NCBI RefSeq assembly: GCF_964194155.1
Contig: NC_135904.1
Span: 14,260,001-14,324,000, forward strand
DNA length: 64,000 nt
Direction: 5' to 3'
DNA from: Cetorhinus maximus
Taxonomy: Eukaryota
A program made the translations under genes and the position numbers. Each line of letters opens with the position of its first letter. The first letter of the stretch is position 1. The notes below the pieces were generated by a model that made no database searches, was not told the DNA's origin, and saw nothing but the letters and a program-made list of their open reading frames with translations. Below, one piece after another: positions 26,537 through 37,504 of this stretch.

Positions 26537-29500
26537 GTAACGTGGCCGGGCGGGACGGCGGGGGCAATGAGAGGGGAGACTGGGCTTGAGGGTTCAGTTT
26601 CCACATTTAGATGGACAGATGTTCGTAAAACCGTCAGTCTTTAGTCTATTAACAACCTGATGTATTCAGGTCAACCATTGTCTTCATTTATAATGGAAAT
26701 CTCTTATGTAAACACGTCACTGCCGTTACACCCTTTCATCAGTAACGAAGCTGTAGTGTGACTATTTACATTTAGCGTTTCTATTATAACTGTGGACACA
26801 GGAGGTTATCATAGGTAAATAATTAACACGTAGACTGTTTTCCTTGCAGGGGAGGCTAAGAGGAGACTTGATTGAAGCTTTCAAAATCATGAGGGGGTCA
26901 GGACAGAGTAGATAGGGAGAAAACTGTTGGGACTTGTAAATGGATGGAGAGCCACAGGGCACAGTTTTAAAGTGTTTTGCAAAAGAAGCAAATGCGAGGT
27001 GAGAAAAAACTTTTTCACACAGCGAGTAGTTAGGGTTTGGAATGCACTGCCTGGAAGTGTGGGGGAGGCAGGTTCAATTGAGGCATTCAAGAGGGCATTG
27101 GATGATTATTTAAATAGAACCAATGTGCAGGGTTATGGGGAAAAGGCAGAAGTTTGGCACTAAGTTAAAATGCTCAGAGATGGTGCAGACATGATGGGCC
27201 AAATAGCCTCCTACACCGTAACAATTCTGTGAAATAGCATTAGGGACAGAATGTTTTGAGATCAGAGCCTAAATTAGAGTCTTGTATCAAGTCCCCACCC
27301 TTTACCCTTGTGTTCACTGACCTACATTGGCACCAAGTCCAGCAATGTCTCAAATTTAAAATTCTCACCCTTGTATTTAAATCCCTTCATTACGTCCTCC
27401 CTTTCTATCTCCGTAACCTCCAACCTTCCAAGATTGCTGCATTCCTCCAATCCCAGTCTCTTGAGCATCTCCAGTTTCGTTCGCTGCACCATTGGTGGCT
27501 GTGCCTTCAGCTGCCTGGGCCCTAAACTCTGGAACTCCCTCCTCAAACCTCTCCGCCTTTCTACTTTCGCTTTTAAGACACTCCTTAAAACCTACCTCTT
27601 TGACCAAACTTTGGAATCCTGACCTAATATCAGCTTATGTGGCTCATTGTCAATTTTGTTCAATAATTGCCCCTGTGAAGTGTCTTGGGATGTTTTACTG
27701 TGTTAAGGAGCTATGTAAGCAAGTTGCTGTTTTACGTCCAATTATCCTTGGCACTCTAACTCTGCTTCACCTTAATTTGGTTTTGATTTTCAGTTGTTTG
27801 CTGCAGGAGATTGATTTGTGATAGTAAAACAGAATTTGACTTATTCCATAAGGCAATGAGCTTAATTATGAATAAAATTCTAGAATGTGATTCCTGAAAC
27901 CGCCAGTAAAGAAAGTCAATTTACCTTTAGTTACTTTCTAGTGGTGCTGTTTATGAGCATCCACATGTTGTATGTTGGTAATTGTAAAATAATACTGTAC
28001 CTTTAAGTTTGTGTTGAGAAGTGATGATGCTCACAATCTGGGAGTCTTACTTCAGAAAGCATGTAGTGGTGCTAGTCAGATCACCTGTAATACATGTAGC
28101 TTTCACCTGGAGCAACTGGAGTTACTTGTGCAGCATCTAAACCAGAAATCAGCAATGGACTGGGGTCAGGGAATCTCTAACATAGAGAGAAGGAGAGAGA
28201 GAGAGAGAGAGAATTGAAAGGAAAACACATCTACACCAACTAGAACAAAAACAAAAATACCTGGAAAAACTCAGCAGGTCTGGCAGCATCTGCGGAGAGG
28301 GGCACAGTTAACGTTTCGAGTCTGAATGACCCTTCAACAGAACCTTCTATTGAAGGGTCATTCGGACTCGAAACATTAACTGTGCTCCTCTCCGCAGATG
28401 CTGCCAGACCTGCTGAGTTTTTCCAGGTATTTTTGTTTTTGTTTTGGATTTCCAGCATCCGCAGTTTTTTGCTTTTACTACCAACTAGATGTTGAGGGCA
28501 CAATAGTTGAAATAATTTGTACATCACAATTTTGGAGATGTTTTTTTCTAGTGCCATGCACTTGGTACAAGGCTTGGCATGAGGTGGCAAGCCTACTGCT
28601 AATTTACTGTAGGATTGTTTGTCCACTTACAGCTGTCACTATTATAAAATGTAATATATCTAATTTCAACTTGAACCTGTCTGTATACCTGTAATTTGAA
28701 GCGCAGGGTCTTAACCCACTTGTCCCAAATTGAAAGGACTGTGTCATAACTGATTCCACCACCAGATGGAATCACACTTTGTGACAGCTGTCTCAATTTT
28801 TCTTAGCATAAGATGAAAGTGAAGAACGTTGCAAAACTAGCACTGGCACCTCAGGGACCTGTGAAATTTGATAAGGATGGTTCTGTTTTGGTTGCTATTC
28901 ACGCCAAACCTGGAGCCAAACAAAATGCTGTAACAGGTAAGCAACATGGCATAAATCACTCGCTTCCAATATTCACAATACACATCTGCATCCCAGCTGC
29001 AGAAAAGAACCTGTAACACTGGCCTTTACTGTCACGGGCAGGATGTATCAGAGGAATTTCCCATAAGCACTGCACCACTTTATAATGTCAAGCAGCTAGT
29101 TGTTGAAAACTGATTTTGCAGCACATACTAATCACTTACAGTGCAAAGCTAACCCATTCATTTTGGATCATATGAAAAGAATCTGCTGGAGTAGCAGCTA
29201 AACTGCTTTTTATATTTTATATAGTGTAACACAAAATTTGGCTCATTTGATCTTTGAAGCTTGTTGGAGTCATGTTGTTGCGGTTTGTGACCTTGTCAGA
29301 ACCTAACAATTATATTAAAGCCTTGCAGTATTTCTCTGATTCTTGTCTGCTGAAAAACCCTGGGTGAGTACCAGTGATGGTGATTCTTATCCTTGTGTCC
29401 TGTAGATGTGTCGGGAGAGGCAGTTGGCGTGGCCATCGCAGCCCCCCCATCTGATGGGGAGGCGAATGCAGAACTGGTTCGCTATCTGGCCAAGGTGCTC

Positions 29501-30836
29501 GAATTAAAGAGAAGTGAAGTTGTCCTGGACAAGGTATGTTATCAGCTCAGAGACGGTTTGTATCCAGGCTCTGCTGAGGGGGCTCACTAACTGTGTGAAG
29601 GTGTCCTGCAATGACTTAGTCAGCTTCTGGCCTCCTCCACTTGTGGTGAAGCAGAAGCACCAGCTCCCTTTGCCATCTCTTTCTCGGAGTGTGAGATTGT
29701 GGGGTTCCCTATATGATGAATGATGTACAGAATGTCATGTTGTTACATTGTGTGGCCCATTGTGCTATCTCACACACAGTAAATGTAATCAGATTTATTA
29801 CACAGTCTTACTTTCAAAATAAATTCTGTTTGAATTTCTCCACCATATACACAATTATTTTCTCATCTTGTTGTCTGCCCATTTCACAAAGTCACCCTGA
29901 ACAGGAAGCTGGGCAGGTGGCCAAGTTCCAGTACGTCACTAAAACAGTCAGGAAAAACAGAAACTCAAAAACTCGCAGTGGATTCTTCAACATCTAAAGG
30001 GAGAGAAGACCAGGTGACGTCAGCCAGACTAGTGAAATGTTGTTCCTTTTCGCATCAAAATTGCTCCTCACTTGGTCTCCACATTCCTGTAACACCACAA
30101 GCCAACTTTGGGCACTTAGAATTATAGAATGATAATGACACAGAAGGAGGCCATTTATCCCATCATGCCCATGCCAGCTCTTTGAAGGAGGTGTCCAATT
30201 AGTCCTAGTGTCCTGCCCTTCAACGTGGCCCTGCAAATTTCTCCCTTCAAGTATTTATCCAATTCCCTTTTTAAGTTCCGATTGAATCTGCTTCTGTTCT
30301 TTCAGGTAGCGCATTCCAGATCCTCCACTTGTGAAAGGAACAGTGGGTGGGAGCTGATATCCTTATCCTTGTACTGTGGCACATTACAGCTTTAGCATGC
30401 AACCCCTCACATAGTGATCTTACACCCCATATGACAGGTGACTGCCCAGAATGTTCACCTGTTTCTCCAGACACTGGTAAACACGTTCTACATTTCCAGC
30501 ATTCACACATTTTCACAGTCTCCACTCAGTTGCAAGGAGATGGGTGAGAATGACTAAATGTGACCATATGTTTGATTGATTTAATTTTTCTTTAGCTTTC
30601 GAGGTTGACGCATTGCGATTCTTGTTGTATTTTCAGTGTACTATTAGGTTAAGTTGCTGGTAGTTCAATGTTCAGTGTTGACTGTGATTCCTGCCTTTCC
30701 TCCTGCACAATGCTATACCCAAACTCCTGTTCTTTTGAAGGGTTACAGATCGCGTGAGAAGGTGGTGAAGATTCTGGCCCCATTAACCCCGGAAGAGGTA
30801 CAAGAAAGACTCAAAATCACAGCTGCCACAAACTAG
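26345..30836 (+). CDS. C15orf40: C15orf40 homolog (UPF0235/DUF167 protein); 4 coding exons; 181 aa from ATG 26345 or 127 aa from ATG 26507
   Basis: Exons 26345-26536, 28807-28936, 29406-29533 and 30741-30836 join in frame. Motifs [38 protein letters not shown] and [12 protein letters not shown] are typical of UPF0235. Confidence 0.9.
26845..27230 (+). mobile_element. CR1 LINE 3' end
   Basis: [46 protein letters not shown], plus CR1 tail. Confidence 0.9.
27255..27730 (+). mobile_element. L2-clade LINE 3' end
   Basis: [21 protein letters not shown]...[16 protein letters not shown]...[10 protein letters not shown]; tail tgtgaagtgtcttgggatgtt. Confidence 0.85.
28245..28479. mobile_element. Palindromic Penelope-derived element (inverted terminal repeats) with a 10-bp target-site duplication
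   Basis: Arms 28245-28342 and 28345-28442 are reverse complements with few mismatches. ACCAACTAGA flanks it at 28235-28244 and 28480-28489. Confidence 0.88.
28807..28936 (+). CDS. C15orf40: C15orf40 coding exon 2
   Basis: tcttag|CAT AAG ATG: [44 protein letters not shown]|gtaagc. Confidence 0.92.
29406..29533 (+). CDS. C15orf40: C15orf40 coding exon 3
   Basis: tgtag|AT GTG: [43 protein letters not shown]|gtatgt. Confidence 0.94.
30741..30836 (+). CDS. C15orf40: C15orf40 last coding exon
   Basis: ttttgaag|GGT TAC: [31 protein letters not shown]. Confidence 0.92.
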   Translation, partial: GYRSREKVVKILAPLTPEEVQERLKITAATN

Positions 30837-32078
30837 TGCAAAAAGCTTGGGGCAGGAGGAGCAACCTTGCCAATGCCCTTGAAAACAGAATATTACATTA
30901 AAACTTCAGTGTTTAATAGAAGTATACATGAGATTACTGTGAACAATGTGTCTCATCAGTCATTGCATTCAAAGAATCTTGGATAGCTCTCGCACGATCC
31001 ATCAAATTCAGCCATCAAACTATCCAGGTTCAACTGATTTTTGTCAGTTTATATTTGGAACTACATGGATTGGGAACTGCTCCTGACTCTATATTAATTC
31101 CTGCATTGCTAAGGGTTATCCTGTGTGAAAATTCATCCACACGGACCTCAATTCTGTCTGCATTGCATAATTTTTTTAAATGTGGTACGGTCAAAATTTT
31201 CATTGGGATATTCTGTCATGGGTTGAATTCTTAGCCTGTGACCCTGTGTGCCTGATTTGCTGGTTCAGCTGCATGTTAATGATCCCATGGCAGTATAAGA
31301 AGAGTAGAGAGTTCTCTCCTTGCCAATATTCTATTCTCAACTAATTCTCCCAACAAAAGATTAACAGCCTGATGATCACATTGACATTAATGGGAGATTG
31401 TTGCTGCAGAATGACAATGAGTGTGTCTTCGTAGCAAGCTACTGCACTTCAGTCATCTGTTGTAGCCTTTAAATGTGATAATGCATTGTATAAGTTCAAG
31501 TATTTTGCACCATGAGCATTGATGTGTTGGGGAATTGAGAGTGGGCCCAGCTGATTAGACAACAAAACTATAGGATTCATTGAGAACGTGCTCAGCCCCA
31601 GGCAGCCATGCGAGGGGAACCAGTCACAAGATTTGGCTCAATTAGAAATGGGTTGAAATTGCAGGATTATCTTGGAACTGTTGAAATTCGCTTAATCATG
31701 TCATGACCTGGTGAATATGAATACAGTAAAGTCCCACCACTCGCGAGTCCCTCTTTTGTAAATTCTCTCATCCGCACAAAAGTCTTTGTACACAGATTGC
31801 CCGTTGCAGGCCCAAATGTTCGCTTATCTGCGGTTTTAAAAATAAAAAAAAATAGAAGCCAAGTTTAGAAAATGCCAGCAAAAAGAAAAAAACCCTAAAT
31901 GTAGTTTAAAAAAAAGGAAGGTGACCATGACAGATTTCCTGTAGCAGAAATTGTGCACTGCCAGTGTGCTGCCTGCTGTTGTTTGTATGTGGGTGTTCCT
32001 TGTTGCTGCGATTTAATTCCTGATCAGTCCACCCCCACTCTCAAGTACTGTTAAGTGTGACAAATTTTACATTGTTAC

Positions 32079-32200
32079 CTGAAGAAGAGTAATATGGACT
32101 TGAAACATTAGCTCTGTTTCTCTCTCCACAAATGCTGTCAGACCTGCTAAGTTTTTCCATCATTTTCTGTTTTTATTTCAGATTTCCAGCATCTGCTTTT
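32079..32200 (+). mobile_element. Solo Penelope terminal-repeat fragment
   Basis: ctgaagaagagt...acttgaaacattagctctgtttctctctccacaaatgctgtcagacctgct...gatttccagcatctgc. Confidence 0.8.
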
Positions 32201-33374
32201 ATTTACATTGTTCTTGTTTTATTTTATTAAACAATTTCCCCAATAAATCTCTCTTTAAATTTATTAAGAGCATGATTTTTATTGCCTCTGATCCCTTATA
32301 CATGCCTGAACAACCACTGAGGTTTGAGAGTTGCTCAGTCATTATTGGTGCACAGTTCAACTTCATCAGTGCAGTTTAAAAATATCTGGCTGTTGTTTTT
32401 GTAATTTCATGTTCTTCCCCGTGAGAATATTGAGAGACGTTGGAAGGATTTGGAGGTTGGTTAACTGTATGACCTGAACATTCCCTCCATGGCCATGACC
32501 ATCTTTACACCACTGATGGGGCTTTGTGGGTTGTCCATCAGAATAATCAATATCAGCAACGAAAGGTATACCCTTGCCTCAGTTGTTGAGAGCTGTGATG
32601 TTGTGGTCTGATTTGCTGCACCAGATACAGAGGAAACCAGAGAGGGGTTGAAGAGCAGTGGATGTACGAAGCAACATAGAGACTCGTAATGTCTCAGAAC
32701 AGCTGCAGGCAAAGGTCACCCTTGGGTTAGTAACAGAGACAACAAATGAACCAGTTAATCTCACTGTAATGTGTGACAAAATGGAAATAAATATTTGACT
32801 TTTGCCTGAACTGTATTCTGTCATGTAAGGAGTGTGTTCTGTGTTTAGTCAGCAAGAACCTTGTTATCCTGCAGAGTGAGCCTTTCTTGAGCACCTCAAG
32901 CTCCCTTTACCTTTACAAGCCAGTCAATCATACTAGGCTTTGCAGAGATTTATTTAATGGGAAGCTAAATAAGCACATGAGGGAGAAAAAAATAGAAGGA
33001 CAAGCTGATAGGGTGAGATGATGAGGAGGCTTGTGTGGAGCATTAACACCAGCATGTAATAGTTGTGCTGAATGGCCTGTGTAATCCAATTACTCAGTTG
33101 TGCCAGAGTTTACAGGAAATAATGTGACTGAGTAGGAACAGGCAGTTCACCCCTGGCATCCTGGACCAACATTCATCCCTCAGCCAACACCACCAAACAT
33201 ACAGATTAACTGATTTCATTGCAGTGTGAAAATTGGCTGCAGTGTCTGCAATTCAAAAATACTTCATTGACTGCAAAGCATGATGCAACATCCTGAGGTT
33301 GTGAAAGGTACTAACTAAATCCACATTCTTTGCAACTGGTGACCTTAACCTGATGATGGAATTGTAGACATTTT

Positions 33375-34770
33375 TATTCATTCATGGGATGTGGGCTTTG
33401 TTGGCTGGGCCAGCATTTATTGCCCATCCCTAGTTTCCCTTGAGAAGGTGGTGGTGAGCTGCCTTCTTGAACCGCTGCACTCCATGTGGTGTAGGTACAC
33501 CCACAGTGCTGTTAGGGAGGGAGTTCCAGGATTTTGACCCAGCGACAGTGAAGGAACGGCAATATATTTCCAAGTCAGGGTGGTGAGTGACCTGGAGGGG
33601 AACTTCCAGGCGGTGGTGTCCCATCTATCTGCTGCCTTTGTCCTATGTGGCAGTGGTCGTGGGTTTGGAAGGTGCTGTCGAAGGAGCCTTGGTGAATTCC
33701 TGCAGTGAATCTTGTAGATAGTACACACTGATGCTACTGTGTGTTGGTGGTGGAGGGAGTGAATAATTGTTGGTGTGCCAATCAAGCAGGCTGCTTTGTC
33801 CTGAATGGTATCAAGTTCCTTGAATATTGTTTGAGCTGCAATCATCCAGGCAAGTGGAGAGTATTCAATCACACTCCTGACCTGTGCCTTGTAGATGGTG
33901 GACAGGTTTTGGGGAGTCAGGAGGTGAGTTACTCATCACACGATTCCTAGCCTCTGACCTGCTCTTGTTGCCACAGTATATATATGGCTAGTCCAGTTCA
34001 GTTTCTGGTCAATGGTAACCCACAGGATGTTGATAGTGGAAGATTCAGTGATGGTAATGCCATTAAACATAAAGGGGCGATGGTTAGTTTCTATTTTGTT
34101 GGAGATGGTCATTGCTTGACACTTGTGTGGCACGAATGTTACTTGCCACTTGTCAGCCCAAGCCTGGATATTGTCCAGGTCTTGCTGCATTTGGACGTGG
34201 ACTGCTTCAGTATCTGAGGAGTCGCAAATGGTGCTGAACAATGTGCAATCTATCAGCGGACATCCCCACTTCTGACCTTATGATGGACAGAAGGCCATTG
34301 ATGAAGCAGCTGAAGATGGCTGGGCTGAGGACACTGCCCTGAGGAACTCCTGCAGTGATGTCTTGGAGCTGAGATGACTGACCTCCAACAACCACAACCA
34401 TCTTTTGTGCTAGGCATGACTCCAACCAGCGGAGAGTTTCCCCCCCCCCCGATTCCCATTGACTCAAGTTTTGCTAGGGATCCTTGATGCCACATTCGGT
34501 CAAATGCTGCCTTGATGTCAAGGGCAGTCACTCTCACCTCACTTCAGGAGTTCAGCTCTTTTGTCCACGTTTGAACCAAGGCTGTAATGAGGTCAGGAGC
34601 TGAGTGGCCCTGGCAGAACCCAAACTGGATGTCAGTGAGCAGGCAATTGCTAAGCAAGTGCCGCTCGATAGCAATGTTGATGACCCCCTTCCATTACTTT
34701 ACTGATGATCGAGACTAGACTGATGGGGCGGTAATTGGCTGGGTTGGATTTACCATGCCTTTTGTGTGCT
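33375..34770 (-). mobile_element. LINE family B, RT and 3' end
   Basis: RVTALDIKAAFDRMWHQG, AGVPQGSVLSP, QQDLDNIQAWADKWQVTF, with the family 3' end at ~33375-33445. Confidence 0.9.
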
Positions 34771-34849
34771 CTCATTTCTCTGGACCTGCAATGCTGCAGG
34801 TTCCCAAGAGAGCTGTTTCTCTCAACTCTCTCTGACTCTTATACTTCCA

Positions 34850-36970
34850 TGAGATAGGATTTTCAAAAGGCCTTTGATAAGATGTCCCATAATAGTCTAG
34901 TGAATAAGGCTAGAGAATAGAGTCAGGGGTCAAGTGGCAGAATTGATTGCTAGCTGGCTTCAAGACAAAGCAGAGAGTGGGAGTAAAGGGTCGTTATTCA
35001 GAAGGTGGGAAGTTGTGTTCCACAAGGGACCGCTGCTGGTTCAAAATATACAGAACAATTTGTACTTTGGAATCAAGAACACAATTTCTAAATTCGCAGA
35101 TGACACCAAGTTGGAGGGGATGGTCAATACTGAAGAGGACCGTAACAAGTTACATAAGGACATTAGTAAACTTGCAGAATGGGCAAATAATTGGCAAATG
35201 AAGTTCTATGTGGTTAAATGTGAGGTAGTACATTATGATAGAATCGTGGGGTAGTCACATTACTAGAAGCTATGAGTCCAGGTTTGGTAGAAGAACAAAG
35301 GAATCTCTAGCACAATCACTAAAAGTTATGTCACAGGTTAGCGAAGCCATAAAAAAACAAACCAAGCACTGGGCTTTATTTCCAGAGGGATAGAATTGAA
35401 AAGTAGCAAAGTTATGCTAAACCTGTACTGAATCTCGGTTAGACCAAACTGATGTATGCAGTTCTGGTCGCCATATTATAAAAAGAATTGGGGAGGATGC
35501 AGAGAAGATTTACAATGGTGATACCAGAAATATGGGGATATACATATTGGGAAAGGATGAACAGGCTAGATACCTTTTGTCTTGAAAAAAAGAAAGCTGA
35601 GGGGTGACCTAATAGAGGCCTTTAATATTATGAGAAGTTTTGATAGAATGTTTCCTCTTGTGGGTGATCAATGTAAGATAGTCACCAAGAAATCCAACAG
35701 GAAATTCAGAAGAAACCTTACCCAATAGTGGTGAGAATTTGGAACTTGCTACCTTATGGAGTGCTTGAAGTGAATAATTTAGATACCTAGCACAAAGGAA
35801 GATGGTTGTGGTTGTTGGAAGTTAGTCATCTCAGCTCCAGGACATCAATGCAGGAGTTCCCCAGGGCAGGGTCCTTTAGCTGCTTCAACAATGATCTTCC
35901 TTCCATCATAAGGTCAGAAATGGGGATGTTCGCTGATGATTGCACAATGTTCAGCACCATTCGCGACTCCTCAGATACTGAAGCTGTCCATGTCCAAATG
36001 CAGCAAGACTTGGACAATATCCAGGCTTGGGCTGACAAGTGGCAAGTAACATTCGTGCCACACATGTGCCAGGTAATGACCATCTCCAACAAGAGAGAAT
36101 GGAACCATCGCCCCTTGATGTTTAATGGGAATACCATCACTGATTCCCCCACTATCAACATTCTGAGGGTTACCGTTGACCAGAAACTGAACTGGATCAG
36201 CCATATAAATACTGTGGCTACAAGAGCAGGTCAGAGACTAGGAATCCTGCAATAAGCAACTCACCTCCTGACTCCCCAAAGCCTGTCCACCATCTACAAG
36301 GCACAAGTCAGCAGTGTGATGGAATACTCCCCAGTTGACTGGATGAGTGCAGTTCCCGCAACACTGAAGAAGCTTGACACCGTCCATGACAAGGCAGCCC
36401 ACATCCACAAACATTCACTCCCTCCACCACTGACGCACAGTAGCAGCAGTGTGTATCATCTACAAGATGCACTGCAGCAATTGACCAAGGCTCCTTCGAC
36501 GGCACCTTACAAACCTACAACAACTACCATCTAGAAGGACAAGGGCGGCAGATAGTTGGGAACACCACCACCTGGAAGTTCCCCTCCAAGTCACTCACCA
36601 TCCTGGCTTGGAAATATATCACCGTTCCTTCACCGTCGCTGGGTCAAAATCCTGGAACTCCCTCCCTAACAGCACTGTGGGTGTACCTGCACCACATGGG
36701 CTGCAGCGGTTCAAGAAGACAGCTCACCACCACCTTCTCAAGGGCAACTAGGGATGGGCAATAAATGCTGGCCCAGCCAGTGAAGCCCACATCCCATGAA
36801 TGATAAAACAAAATTTAAAGAGTAGCTAGACAAGTATGCGAGAGAGAAGGGAATAGAGAGTTACGATGGTAGATTTAGTTGAGGAAAAATGGGAGGAGGT
36901 TTGAGTGGAGCATAAATGCTGACATGGACTGGTTGGGATGAATGGCCTGTTTCTGTGTTGTACATCCTGT
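34850..36970 (+). mobile_element. Old CR1 (34850-35785, resuming ~36813-36970) interrupted by a family B LINE
   Basis: ISKFADDTKLEG..WANNWQMKF.V.KCEVVH; the CR1 tail continues colinearly after the insert. Confidence 0.85.
35786..36812 (+). mobile_element. LINE family B, 5'-truncated, nested in CR1
   Basis: MGMFADDCTMF..QQDLDNIQAWADKWQVTF; 3' end caagggcaactagggatgggcaataaatgctggccc...cccacatcccatgaatgataaaa. Confidence 0.9.
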
Positions 36971-37504
36971 GTATGGAATCTTATGTATGTGTTCAAAGGC
37001 ACGCAGGACTCCACGGGAAAATAACTTCGTCAACAAGCCTTTAACTAGGATTCACAGTCAAGGAGTTAATAATTTCTTCATTCCTTTATGATTTTTTAAA
37101 TCTTGTGAATTCCCAAGTTTTAAATAAACCTTTAAAGATCAGGTTTAGTCAGGAGAGAGTGGTTATTAAAATCTGAACTCCACTCACCAGCAGGTGTCTC
37201 CAATGTATGAGATTGGCTGAGTTTAGTGTGCGGTATAATCTCCCTCATAAACCGACTTAATAAGTGACATTGTAGTGAACAGTGTGACTGTGAGTTCAGG
37301 ACAAATTCCATTGGTGCTTTCTGATTTTCTGTTCAGTGCTCTGTGCTCAGAAACACACTGTTTGATCCCGTGGTCTCAGTCCAGGCAATTAATCCACAGC
37401 ACAGCAATTGGGATCACACCAGTGTCAAGTTTGGAAAATTGTTTGCTGCCACAATTCTATTTCCTGAAACCCATGGTGATGTTTCAAAACCTCACATTCA
37501 TTAA

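Noticed and set aside
26020-26604. 194-aa antisense ORF across the C15orf40 promoter
   Set aside because: Expected in GC-rich DNA; no recognisable domain or splice structure.
31722-31835. TA-CAGTA start suggestive of a Tc1/pogo terminal repeat
   Set aside because: No matching opposite terminus or transposase remnant was found.
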